Assembly (NCBI GenBank): GCA_965178125.1
Contig: OZ237740.1
Location: 372,001 to 436,000 of the forward strand
Direction: 5' to 3'
From: Bilabrum cf. latius
Lineage: Eukaryota
Length of the DNA: 64,000 nt
The notes beneath the pieces were generated by a model, which worked only from the letters and a program-made list of their open reading frames with translations, was not told the DNA's origin and did not search any database. Position 1 is the first letter of the stretch, and each line of letters opens with the position of its first letter. A program made the position numbers and the translations under genes. This document shows, in pieces, positions 1 to 11,946 of this stretch.

Positions 1-273
1 AAATGGAACAACTGTTGCTGCGTTCGTGTTGCTGAAGTCAAGAGTTAGTTCAAAGGTTGCGGACATATACCCACGGCGACTGACACCGACCCCTGAGGGA
101 ATGGAAAGCGACCAATTCACGCCCGAGGAATAGTCACCGGCAGACCCTGAAGGTGCGTAGGAACGGAAGGTTCGGTTGGCATATCCAGTATCCACGGCGT
201 AGGGTTTGGCGGTGATGTCAAGGGAGGCGGGTTCAATCTTGACTGGCTCTAAAGCGTGAATATTGAGGCTCAT
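1..273 (-). CDS. Virophage major capsid protein, N-terminal 91 aa (runs off window)
   Basis: ATG at 273: MSLNIHALEPVKIEPASLDITAKPYAVDTGYANRTFRSYAPSGS...VNWSLSIPSGVGVSRRGYMSATFELTL. Resembles Sputnik-type MCP N-termini as I recall them, and lies directly downstream of the penton gene. Confidence 0.8.
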   Translation of the reverse strand, partial: MSLNIHALEPVKIEPASLDITAKPYAVDTGYANRTFRSYAPSGSAGDYSSGVNWSLSIPSGVGVSRRGYMSATFELTLDFSNTNAATVVPF

Positions 274-335
274 TGTCTGTTATACTATACACTCCGTTTT
301 AATTTCTGATATTCCTTTCACGAAATATCAAACAA

Positions 336-404
336 ATGTTTTCCAATGTTTTCCAATGTTTTCCAATGTTTTCCAATGTTTTCCAATGTTTTCCAATGCT
401 TTCC
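336..404 (+). repeat. 10-bp tandem repeat (TTTTCCAATG)n, about 6 copies
   Basis: Directly visible between the penton stop and the MCP start. Confidence 0.95.
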
Positions 405-411
405 TAAAGGA

Positions 412-1521
412 TTACCCGTGTCGGGAAAACTTAAATTTCACCGATGCGGAACCATGCCGAAGATATAGGGGGTGCGTCTCTCCATAGGAATCTTTCCAAT
501 ACAAATTAAACTGTAGCGTGTCAATACTAGAAGCGTTGAGAAGATCTATGGTGTGTTCTATCTTGGGCTGATACTGGAGAACGGCCTGGTTAATCATCTG
601 GGAATCATCTAGGACACAATCCATATCCACCAAAACACTTTCCGTGCCTCCTGTAGAACTAATGGACTAATTCGTGGAAAATCCAAAGGGAGTTTTGGCC
701 GATACCCCCTCGCTTCTCACTGGAAGACTGCTCGTTGTGAAAACGACTCCGCGGAACACCTGGAAATGTGCTAGACTGCCCCTATCCTGGGTCATTTTGA
801 GTCTGTAAGGGGACTAGGGTATAGTTTCCGTGTATGGGATTGGTGCGAATCCATCATCATCGTTTTCCACCAAATAGTTTGTGCCTAGGGATTTGAATAG
901 AACGGAGGAAAACACGTCTGGGTTCGTGTCTTGGATTCGCTGGACTGGGAAACCGCTTAAAAGTTCTCCCAATGGTTCATTCAATACCAATCTGTATTTC
1001 TGGGAAGGTTGTCCTTCGTGATAGTTGGAATCCGCGAACAGGGAAAACTTTCCATCGTCATAGGTAAGCGTTGGCGTGGTTGCTACTGCTGACTAGGGAA
1101 ACTTCTCCATGGTCTCATTAAAGAGACTGACAAAGTGTTCTATCGTGTATAAATAATAGTATCTTGTAAATGCCTGGGGGGACTACCAGCTCGGCTACGG
1201 TTCTGCGATTAACTAGGGTTTCCAAATGATGGGTTGCGTTCCAATCATGCTCCCGTCCTCCACGTCTTGGATGCTGATTCTGTAGATGGTTTGGTCTGGA
1301 TTCTTGCTGGAATTTGTGGAAAGGTCTATATCTATGTGGGGAATCCATACGGGAATTGTATTGGTGGATATGGTGAATCGTTGGACGCTCAATTTGTAAT
1401 CCTCCACATTTCCGCTTAAGATTGGCTTTTTCCTCACCTCGTTGTATTGGGCGGGCTGATAGGAGTCTTCATTATTGCGTATATTTGCGTTGATGTAGAA
1501 GTAGTCAGGTTGTCTAGACAT
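412..1521 (-). CDS. Virophage minor capsid (penton) protein, 369 aa with TAG=Gln
   Basis: Single frame with 6 in-frame TAG, ending TAA. Motifs RKKPIL..EDYKLSVQRF..TIPVWIP, YYYLYTIEHFVSLFN, VVFTTSSLPV, LYWKDSYGETHPLYL..ASVKFKF. Confidence 0.88.
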
Positions 1522-1728
1522 TTACTATACTATAACTTTTTAAGAAAAGAATAAGCAAAAGAGCGGAGCGCGCTTAAGCGCGAGCATCTTGACTAAAAAC
1601 AGTGAACGGGAGGGGTTTTCAACCCTTTGGGAAATGGTCGGAAGTCTTGGGAAATGGATAGGAAACACTTGGGAATTGCTAAAAAACATTCTAAAGATAT
1701 ACTAAGTGGTTTTTCTGAAAAAGTAACT

Positions 1729-2259
1729 ATGGACTACGCCCTAAGTGATACAGATGTAAGGAATTTGTGCGGGAATCCGCCCAGAGTGAAGGGGTTCAAG
1801 GCGTGTGCCGTCTCCATTATACCATATGAGAACTTGGAAAGGGTGGAAAGCATAGATAGAATCGTTTCACCGTCCAAGCCTTGTATTTTGTTGTATTAGG
1901 AAAGTCCTAATTCAGGTCATTGGGTTGCCTTGTTTCGTCGTGGGAAAACCCTGTGTTTCTTTGACCCCTACGGCGTGAAGCCCGATATGTAGCAGACTCT
2001 AATGAGTTCTAAAGTGCGGAAACGATTCTATGAAAACCCACACCTCGCTAGGCTCATGTATGAATGTCCTTACTCTATAGATTACAATTAGTATCCTTTC
2101 CAAGCCGATGGAGACGACATAGCAACATGTGGGAGACACTGCGTGGTCCGCCTTTGGAATCGTGGGAAAAGCACGGAAATGTATGGGAAATATGTGGAAA
2201 AGGTGTGTAAATCATAGGAAATAAATCCGGATGAATTAGTGTTCTTATTGACGACTTAA
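1729..2259 (+). CDS. Virophage maturation cysteine protease (adenain/Ulp1-like), 176 aa
   Basis: 4 TAG read through. Catalytic motifs GHWVAL, FFDPYG, FQ...TCGRHC; ends TAA. Confidence 0.93.
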
Positions 2260-2333
2260 AGCGTTTTCCATTTTCGTCAAAACTATATGCGTCCAGTGAA
2301 ACACTATTATCGTTATCTATACTATAGAAGGAA

Positions 2334-3245
2334 ATGCCCTCATTCACTTGGACTCACACTGTAGACACCATACCAATTGCGAAAGACACAGAATAGAACA
2401 GAATATTGTTTCTAGATAAAAGGGACGATCACGAGACGAAGTTTGGCGACAACGACGACATGACAGCGGAAGATTTAGAGCTCACGGAAGTTCTTAAGAA
2501 TAAAGTTTCAATGAAGCGTTTGGATTTACTCCGCAAACATTTAATCCAGTCTGTAGAACCTTTGGATAGCGATATGAAGCGGTTCTATGACTTGGCGTAG
2601 GAAAAGAAGCGAAAGGAAGTCAGTCTGCGGAAAGGACAATTTGACCCAATGCCGAGTGGGAAAGGGCGAGAAGTCATATATATTACCGCTCCAAGCGGTG
2701 CGGGTAAGTCTACATGGGTTTCCAAGTATTCCAGGAACTATTCCAGACTTTTCCCAGACCGAAAAATTGTCTTGTTCTCACGCTTGGAAGACGATGAGGT
2801 GTTAGACGCGATCCCGTCTCTCGTGAGAATCCAATTAGATGAAGAATTAGTAGAGAATCCCATTGACATTCACACCGAATTAAAGGACTGTCTGGTGATT
2901 CTAGACGATATTGACACGGTGAATGACAAGAAAATCCGTTTGGCATTGGAATAGTTGTAGGACGACTGTCTGTAGACCGGAAGGCACTCAAACACTTCTT
3001 GTTTGATTACTAGTCATTTAAGCACCAATTATAAGAGCACCAGGATAGTGTTAGCGGAATCCCACAAAGTGGTTATTTTTCCAAGGGCTTCCAGCGCTCA
3101 CTCTTTGCGTTATTTGTTGAATAAATATGTTGGACTTGAGAAACAAGACATTTCTAAAGTGATGAAATTACCGAGCCGTTGGGTGTGTATCCATAGGAAT
3201 TATCCTAGATATGTTTTAGGCGAGAGGTAGGCATACATAGTGTAA
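2334..3245 (+). CDS. FtsK-HerA family genome-packaging ATPase, 303 aa
   Basis: Walker A APSGAGKS, Walker B LVILDD, L(Q)TGRH..ITSH, C-terminal SRWVCIHRNYP. 6 TAG read through; ends TAA. Confidence 0.93.
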
Positions 3246-3252
3246 AAGCTTT

Positions 3253-3720
3253 TTAAAATAAATTTTGCTCCTTGACATATTTACTTGCTTGTGGAAGAGA
3301 CATGCCAGTCTGCTCCATCACCGCCTTTACTACTTTATTCCTTTGCTTCATTTTCTCACTTATTTTCCTCTTACGCCCTTCCGTGGGCTTTTGGGAAAAG
3401 CTTTTACGTTTTCCAGAACCGCCCAGAGATAATCCACCGATATTGGATAAATCCTCTACTGGGGTTCGGAGATTGTCAAAACTGCCGACATGAAAAGGGG
3501 TTTTCTCTTGCTTTCCAGCCAGTTTCTTCCAGATCTGTTTGCCCTTGGCGACTACACCTTGTCCCAAGGTTTTGAATATGAACTTCATCGCCTTGGCATC
3601 ATCCCTCCATTTTCCGCCTTGGAGATTGGGGGACACTTGGGCGATTCTCTCGTTGGCGTCCTTCTGTTTCTGCTACACTAACTATGCCGTCCGCTTCCTA
3701 ATGTATTCGTCAATATCCAT
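3253..3720 (-). CDS. Basic virophage protein (possible core protein), 155 aa
   Basis: MDIDEYIRKRTA(Q)LV(Q)...; several GG pairs; C-terminal RNKVVKAVMEQTGMSLPQASKYVKEQNLF helix motif that I recall from virophage proteins. Confidence 0.7.
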
Positions 3721-3930
3721 TATAGTATAGAATGAGCTTTTTTTAAAAGAAGTATGCTCTTTTATTGTTTTCCATTGCTTTCCATAGTTTTCCAAACATT
3801 TCCCTCTGTTTCCCACCCATTTCCAATCCACTTGGAAAACGCTTGGAAAACAAGATGCTCGGCCTTTGGCCTCCGCTCTTTCCATTCTTTTCAAAAGGAT
3901 CTTTATTAAAACGTAATCTTATAGTAAAGC

Positions 3931-5274
3931 ATGTCATTCCAATCACCAAACGTCCAAGCACTCATACAACAAGCCCTTGGAAAACAGCTAGACTGGGCGA
4001 AATTGTAGGATTTAGAAGCAAAAGACACCGCCGACCTGGAAAGCGAATACGCTTCCTATATTAGGTAGAAAAGTAAAGTAGAACGATTGAAAGAGAGTGG
4101 AAAATATGGAACGCCTTCTATGAGGAAGAAAGCGGACCAAACCAACTAGGAAATCGTGGGGAAATCCATCGCTGGGATCATGAAGGGAGTGGTTGAGGGA
4201 GAGCTGGGAAAAGCGCGGAAAGCGACGGAAGCTTTAAAACAGTTCTTGGGAAGCATCAACGTGAGTGGGGAAATGAAGGAATACTTGGGGAGACAAATTG
4301 TAAACATAGCGACCCTTGCGAGGAAGGGATACGCAGGCTTGCGTAAAGTCCCATCAGAAGATATGAAAATCTTGAATAACCTTAGAGAAATTGTTTAGAG
4401 TTCAGCAGGATAGCCGCATACTATACCACGAGGACTTCGTGAAACACCAGAACGGACTGTTGAGAGAACACCGCAGTTGCGAGAAGAAGAGGCAGAAAGG
4501 GACGACGAAGACAACGACGAAAGACCTGAGCCGACAAGAACGAACAGGCAATTGCGAACCATCCTAAAAGATATGGGAAAAGCAAATATTGATACAAGCC
4601 ATTTACTTCGTTTAAGAGACGCAAAAGACCAGCGACTAGCAGCCCGCATTTGGGACGCAAACAGAGACCAAGGGATAGAGTATGCTTTACAATTCGCCAG
4701 CGGCTCCACGGTATCACCAGCCAAAACACGAGCAAGACGACAAAAGGAAGCAGACATTCCACTGGAAGACCCGCCAGCGCAGCCTCAACCACAAAGAAAG
4801 TCCCGACCACAGAAAGAGATAGAGAAAGATATGGATAACGCATATCAGGCAGGATTCATTACAGAGGATGAAGTTAGACTATTCCAGCGAATTAAAGATT
4901 CCAGCGACAGGAAGGTGGTGCGAGCGTTTTGGGATAGGCATAAAAATTTACCGCTTAAACGAGCCATTCAAATTGTAGACCCGCAGTTGTGGACTGAAGA
5001 AGAGGCGGAAGTGAGACGAATGTAGCGGGAGGGACGGGCTCCAAGTTTCGCATCACCTATACAGAAAGGAGCCAAGAAAGGAGCCAAGAAGGGAGCCAGG
5101 AAAGGAGCCGTGCGAGGGCGCGGACGATTAAATCCATAGGAATCACACATTTTCCAGACCGCTAAGAATGTTTCCAAGAAGGTAAAGGGAGCGACCAAAG
5201 ACATTCAAGACTAGGTTGCGGACGAAGTGATTTCTCTACTTAAATCTACTGCTATACTATATAGCACAGAATGA
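3931..5274 (+). CDS. Hypothetical virophage protein, 447 aa, KGA(K/R) repeats near C-terminus
   Basis: Continuous frame with 8 TAG. Its TGA overlaps the next ATG (ATGA). Confidence 0.75.
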
Positions 5275-5483
5275 CGGAAGAATGGAGTTACAATAAATAC
5301 TATTACGAGAAAAATAAGGAACGCTTAAAGAAAAAGGTGGAGTGCGGGTGCGGTTCCAAAGTAGCTCGCTACAATTTGTAGCACCACAGGAAAACCAAGA
5401 AACACATGGCGTGGGAAACCGATGAAACCAAGCAGGAAATCCAACGACTCAAGGACGAGTTAAAATGCTTGAAGCATGAATAA
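5271..5483 (+). CDS. Small Zn-ribbon protein, 70 aa
   Basis: YYEKNKERLKKKVECGCGSKVARYNL(Q)HHRKTKKH: CxCG...H..TKKH motif common in virophages and giant viruses. Confidence 0.8.
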
Positions 5484-5509
5484 ATCTCCCAATATATATA
5501 TATTAACGG

Positions 5510-6685
5510 ATGTCCGTCTCTAATTTATTAGTGCCGAACACATATAGGTTGTATTGTCAGAGTATAACACCCGTTGAAGGTGGTGGAGGTGGCGGAACAC
5601 CGAGTCTATCAAGTGTTCTACAGGTGGGAAATGATGCTGGAAATACTACAATCACAAATGTTGCCCTTCCAGTCAATAACCAAGATGTTGCTACGAAGCA
5701 ATATGTGGATTCCACGAGTGGCGGAGGAGGTGGTGGAGGAGTAACACCAAACCTAACTGCTGTGCTGACACAAAGTGGAGACGCGGGAAACCTTACCATA
5801 TCAAATGTAAGGTCTCTGCGAATGGCAACAGGAGGCAACGGGGAAATCCAAACACCTTTTTCGGGGAACGCCTCTTTGGGATACACCCGTTAGACAGATG
5901 AAAGTGCTTTGTTTGAATACTATGCGAACTATGGAATGGGAAGTAAGAACCCTATGACACGACTTTATACAGGAAACGGGAACGAAGACGGAACAAACGC
6001 CGAATTCATGGTGTATGGGACAATTGAGTCTAACAAAGGGGTGATGGGGGGTATGACGCTCACAGGTGCGCTTGACGGAGATAAACAAAGAGAACAACCC
6101 ACCATCACATTTCAAACCACACCCAGTCCTCTCAAGAACCAAATAGAGGGAAGGAATACGAATGGAACTCCAGCAAACAACTTCATTCAATTCTGGATTG
6201 ATGATGGGAGTGGGAATCCGGTAGGCACGGCACAGATACGTGGAGATGGAACTATGTTCGTGTAGAATGGAGTTGTTCCTTTCACGGGAGCACACGTGGG
6301 AACGCTGGGAAGCGGTCCGAAACCAAAGATTGGGTAGGTTATGTCAGTAAGAACTGCGACGGTAAACGATGTGTCTAATTGCGAGTTTTCATTCAGGGTT
6401 TGCGATCACACAAGCGTTCCATTTGGAGTCTTTAGCGGAGAGGGAAAGGATGGGGAAATACGGGTTAATTCCGTGGGAGAAGGTGCTGTCCTTTGTCTGC
6501 GAGATGACAGCGTTCCTATTTTGGCAGGGGACTATCTGTCTATTTCCAGAACGAAAAAAGGATATGTGGAAAAGTCCAGGAGTTCTCAATTTTCTAAATG
6601 GGTCGTTGGGAAAGCAATCGTAGATGTTGAGTGGGACGACGAGGAGGAGGAAAAGTTAATTCCAGTGGTATATTATTGCGGATAA
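5510..6685 (+). CDS. Fibre/spike-like protein with C-terminal autocleaving chaperone-like domain, 391 aa
   Basis: Gly runs, repeated L..VL..G.DAGN units, DVATKQYVD, then FTGAH...VNSVGEG...AGDYL...VYYCG*. 3 TAG read through. Confidence 0.75.
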
Positions 6686-6719
6686 ACGAAAAAAGCGGAG
6701 ATTATAGTATATACACAAT

Positions 6720-7499
6720 ATGAGTCTTTCCAACATCCTTCAAGACAACAATTTTGCCCTCAAGTGTGCGTCTCTTACCGCCAGTCAGTCTCTGGAAACC
6801 CCCCAGAAAGTGTATGCGAGAGCATTAGAATAGACTAACAACGTTGGTGCCAATTGGATTTTTGATAGAAACAGTCCAGATGATAATGAAGCTATCATTT
6901 TCCAGAATCAACCTGAAGGACTTCACAAGTCCGTGAGTGTTTACGTGGGGTAGAACAGCGCTGCTGCGCCCATCAAAATGACATCTGCGTATTTCACAAA
7001 CGGGAACCCGCACACAGGAACGATTAGTGTGAATGGGTAGGTCATTTCTGATTCTATGGGAAATTTCACAGGGGCGCACAGAGGAACTCTCCGGAAAGAG
7101 GACGAAGCATATGTTAAGAAGGGAATGGTTGTGGGGATTTCCAAAGCTTCCGTGGACGAGGAACGCCTGGAACGTTGTGAGTTTGAGTTTAAGATTGCCG
7201 ACGCTGGAGATGTGCCGTTTGGAGTCTTTTCCAAGATAGATGAGACCGATGGGAAAGCAGTGGTATTTGGTCTGGGAGAGGGTGGGATTCGTGTCGCGCA
7301 GGAGGGATCAAGTCCGCCTAAAGCAGGAGATTATCTAGAAGTGTCGGGAAAACACTCTGGGTATGCCGTAACGGCTAAGGAGCAAATCCTAGGGAAATCC
7401 ACCGTCGCCAAAGTTCTCGCAGGTGTTTCCTTCTCCAAGTCCAAGAGTGACGGGGACATCACATACACCATCGCACCCGTGTAGTATCTGTGTGGATAA
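6720..7499 (+). CDS. Fibre/spike-like protein paralog, 259 aa
   Basis: MSLSNILQDNNFALKCASLT...FTGAH...GLGEGG...AGDYL...V(Q)YLCG*. 4 TAG read through. Confidence 0.75.
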
Positions 7500-7533
7500 A
7501 CGAAAAAAGAAGACACTATAGTATACAGGCAAT

Positions 7534-8058
7534 ATGAGTCTTTCCAACATCCTTCATGACAACAGTTTCGCCCTCAAGTGTGCTTCTCTCACGACTGAAG
7601 CAATCTATGGACTACAAGGAAAGGATTTGACGATTCAAACCACAAGGGCGGATTCTGGCGACGATGGATATGCTGTGGTGCTGAAAGCGTCAAATTCTAC
7701 CACTACTGAAACGTGTGATATTCGGTTTGGAAATGGCGAGCTTGGAACAGCCTCGGCTCGTATTTACGCAAGGCAAGGCGGACAAACTCAACAAGATGAC
7801 ATAGATGGGTCGTATTTCCTTGGTGGGTATTGTGTTCTTTCCAAAGGGGGGGCGGGTCTTGGTCTTCCAGTAAGGACTGCGACCTAGATTGGAGACTCCA
7901 CGGATACTTGTAATAAAACAGGTCGTCCAGAAGACACAAAACGAGCGGGTGTGCTTCTGTTTAATTCTACAGATTCTATTGTGATGGTTTCCGTAGGTGA
8001 TGACTCTACGAGTGCTTGGAAGGAAGTGGGTGGAACAACCACCATAACACCATCATGA
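7534..8058 (+). CDS. Short fibre-like protein, 174 aa
   Basis: Shares the N-terminus MSLSNILHDNSFALKCASLT with the preceding gene; different C-terminus. 1 TAG; ends TGA. Confidence 0.7.
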
Positions 8059-8152
8059 TGTATCTCCAAAGAACCCTAAGGGCTTTTTGTAGAATACCTA
8101 TCCGGTAGTTCAATACAATCACTATTGTAAGGAAATCATTCTATTGACTCCT

Positions 8153-9997
8153 TCACTATAGGAACACCTTTTTCTTCGCGTGAGTAATCTCACAAGCCCC
8201 TTGAGCCTCTAATTTCCACTCTCCAAGGTTTTCCGAGAGCTTCAAGGGGATTTCCACATCGCTCACAAATCCGTCCGTATTCACATAGTGGATTCTATCT
8301 AGGTGCGGTTCTATCACCTTGGAAAGTTTCCGCCGACCAAAAGCTGTGAGGAACGGGCCCAGACGAGCATAGCAAGTTTTATACGTGTATGTTTGTGTCG
8401 TTAGAATGCCTTTTACCCTTCTTCCACCGTCCTGAATGAAGGCGTCTTTAAGCGTTCTGAAGTCCACAACTTCGTCGTCGCTGGAAATTGTCTAAACTAC
8501 CTAGTTTTTCTAGCACAACGCACCCCACACGGAGTTAAGTAGTTGTTTTGCTGTTTTAAATCCTTTCTTTTTATATCCAAAGAGTCGCTCCACCAAACCC
8601 TTGAAGAGACTAACTGCCTTAATACGCTTGTCCTTTTCGTAGATGAGGGCGTTCGCCTGACCGTCCTGAATGATGGAAAAGGTCGCCCCTGTTTCCTACG
8701 CCCTTACTATATCGTGGTGAGTCCAATAATTGTTTTTGCGTGGCTGGATAAGCTTGGGATTTAGGTGTTCCACCTTTACCCTGTAAATCCCGAATTTCCA
8801 ACCGAAGTCCTCTGGGGTCTGGGAAAGAGTCTGGAAATCTCCGGAAAGGATTGGAAACTACATCTATGACTTCAACATGCTTGGATAGAAGCTGTTAATG
8901 TCATATTGATATGCTTTCTCCAGTTTCGTGTCGTTGTTCGCCCAGTTCAGTCCGCCCCCTGATGCCTTGGAAATCCACTCCGCCTCTTTGCGCCCCAAAG
9001 GCTCGGCTGGGAAAAGCTTGGAAAACTTGGAAAAGTAATGCTTTACGTAGTAGGAAGGTCTATATCCATATTTAGATAGATCCATATACCCTCCAGTCTC
9101 TTGAGAGAGTGTCTCGGCGTCCTCGTGGATTCGCCTCCAGGTCGGTTCTAGGTCTTCCTCTACAGAGACTTTCCAAAGACTCTTTGTTTGTATATCTGTT
9201 CTTAATCGTGATTCAATATGTCTAGTTGCTCCGTCATACATGATATATTCGCTTTCCGCCTTTTTCCAGTAGGTGATTAGGCGAACTGACTCCTTCGTGG
9301 GAATACACATTAAATCTTTCTGGGATCCTGGGGAAATGAACTCGTAATGTCCGTTTGTAAGGGAGATGTTCGCCAAGGGGTCGTAAGACTTTCCAGATGT
9401 GTAGGAAAAGTCTCCAGTCAGATGAATACGGATCTTCAGATAATCCTCTACCTCGGGAATTCTCTTGTAGTGGATTGGTTCGCTCCGTCCTAGGTTCAGT
9501 TGGGACTTTAGCTGGGCGGGAGAAATCCTATGGAAACCACTTTTATACTTGCCATTTACCTTCTTGTTTCCTCTAAATCCTACTTGGAAGGGAAAAGCCT
9601 TCTTTAAGGCGTTATACAGACAGTCGTTATTCTCGTCCTTTCCGCCCCTCGGATTGTCCTTGGGAAGCAAAAGAAGTTCAAATGTGTTTAGTCTGCGGTG
9701 TTCCTATTCATCTACATCCTCGTCTTCATATCCCTTCCACAGAGAGGTAGTTTCCTTCAAGTCTTCCGTGGTGATCCAAGCACTCCTTGTCCGCCACCCT
9801 TCTTCCACAAAATTGAGGTTTATCTTGAACTTGTATCCGTCAAAGGGATTCTCTCCGTCCTCGTCGTAGTCCTTGATAAAATCCATCACATCCTTTACAG
9901 TGATTAGCTCGTCCGCATGGAACCTAACGCTCCAAATTGGAACGCCGTTGAGTCTCAAGTTGGTCCTCTCGGGTTCGCCGAAATCAATCTCAACCAT
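8153..9997 (-). CDS. polB: Protein-primed family B DNA polymerase (compact), 614 aa
   Basis: Motifs SGGG, YDINSFYP, KQLLNSVWG, YARLGPFLTAFGR, YVNTDG. 8 TAG read through; ends TGA. Confidence 0.88.
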
Positions 9998-10050
9998 TCT
10001 AGAGTATATAATATACTATAGACTACCAAATTATACTTAATGTATGAGCC

Positions 10051-11733
10051 TCACGCCTCGTCAATTTTACACAGAGACAGTTTCAGAGATTTCCCTCGCT
10101 TTCCATGTGGTTTTCCTTTGGGTTTTGGTGGGTTTTCCATCATCCATGCGGTGATTGCTACACATGACTCGGCCGAGAGTTTCCTCTATGTTTTCCTGTG
10201 GAAAAGCTAATTGTCGTCCATTTCCCTCTCCAGTTCCAACTCTTCTATGCGTTCCGTTTGCTCCTGTAGTTTCTTCTACATTTCCTATAGTTGTTCTCGT
10301 AGCAGTTCCACCTCGGTCTTGGCTTTCTCTACCTCTGCTTCTTGGCGGAGAGCTTTGAACTTCTTCCGAAACCCTTCCAATAGGTCTTCGTGCTTAACAT
10401 TGAACTCTTGTTTTCTCTGTGAGTTCATCGTGGAATACACACCTACTTCCGCCAACTGTTCCTTAATCTTAGGCGTGGAGAGGTTCTTGATTTGTCCCTT
10501 CAGTTCGTCCTTTAGGTAGTTGCGGAAGGCCATCACGGAAATGTGGAAATCTTTTCTCTCGTCCAACCACTCTTCCTTTAGCGTCCGCAGGATAGGGTGT
10601 GCCCCTTGTAAAATCCCCTTATGGAAATTCTAGGATTTCGGAGCGTATAGTCCCTTGAACTCGGGTGAGTCGTCGTAAACTTTCGCGAGGTATAGGAAGA
10701 ACGCCCTCGCCACCTCTTTGCTCTCCGTTGCTTCCTTGAGTTTCTTAAAGTATTCCTTGTCGCCTTTCCTGGATGTGTTTACATCCAACACGCAATATCT
10801 GCGGATTTCCTCTGTAATTTTGATGGGTGCGTCGTTCGTGTCAATGATGAGGTTGAAGGTGTTGGGACGGCTCTCGGTCTTGACGAATTTCTCATTACAG
10901 GAAAAGGTCTTCTCGGTGATTAGATTGCGTAGGGTCGCCTACATAGCGTTCCATCTAGTATTGGAAGCTTTTGGAATCTCGTTGAAGTTCACAAGTAGTT
11001 TTCCATCTAGGATAGAGTTGAAGGCATCGGGCTGAAGCATGGCGTTCGTGAGCGTCTGGAGCGTCAGGGTGTATCCAAGGAGTTTTCTCATAAGGAACGT
11101 AATGATGATAGATTTACCAGTTCCCTACGGAGACTTTAGATACAGGGCGGTCTGAAGTTTTTCCCCGCCTACAATCACGTGTGCCAGCCACTTCATCACG
11201 AAGTCAAACTGGGTGTCGTCCTCGCTCGTCCAGACCTTGTGGATATGTTCGGAAATACGAATCACGCCTTCCCGTGCGTCTTCAGGCACGTCTTCTAGGT
11301 TTCCGCAGTTTTCCCGAGTCATCAGGGGTTTTCCCATGAGGTTAATCGTTTGCTTCTCGTAGTCCACAGTGGGTGCGTTGAATCGTCTCACCACCCGAAA
11401 AACATCTGTGTTCTCGTTAAAGAACCAATCACGAGCAGACCAATCCTTCACCTTCCTATTGTTTACCATTCGGTAGATACAGTGTCCGCCAATTAGGTAG
11501 TTCTCGCTGATGTTTCGGTTCGCCAAGAACTACCAAACTGGTTTCTAGGGATTCTCGTCGGAAATGTTCTAGCGGTTCAGTTCATCCCCCTAGAGGAAAT
11601 ACACGCCTCCACCTTGGTCGTGGGTGCGGTAGAAATATTGCTGAATGTATTTGATACAATCCTCCTGATTTCCAGTATCACAGAGTTGCTTGAGGGTTCT
11701 GGCGGAAAAGGCAACGGTTGGCATCTGACACAT
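10051..11733 (-). CDS. Superfamily 3 (D5-like) helicase, 560 aa
   Basis: WLAHVI...ALYLKSP(TAG)GTGKS Walker A, LLVNFNE, NLIIDTN, RRYCVLD; coiled-coil tail. 11 TAG read through. Confidence 0.9.
10061..10068 (-). promoter_or_regulatory. AAAATTGA giant-virus early promoter motif upstream of polB
   Basis: Exact octamer about 64 bp upstream of the polB ATG; same flanking architecture as the helicase promoter. Confidence 0.7.
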
Positions 11734-11785
11734 TTTTCTGTTGGTTATACTATATACTACCAAAATATACTTAAGTGCTGACGCG

Positions 11786-11793
11786 TCAATTTT
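11786..11793 (-). promoter_or_regulatory. AAAATTGA giant-virus early promoter motif upstream of helicase
   Basis: Exact octamer about 53 bp upstream of the ATG at 11733. Confidence 0.7.
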
Positions 11794-11946
11794 CCAGAGA
11801 GTCATCGGAGACATTTCCAGAGATTTCCAAGAGGTTTCCAGAGATTTCCAAGAGATTTCCATAGCTTTCCAACGATTGGAAAAATATAGGTAGTGCGTTA
11901 GTCTTAAGGTATGGAATTTTCCCCACTCATCTTCATTGTTCGCCAC

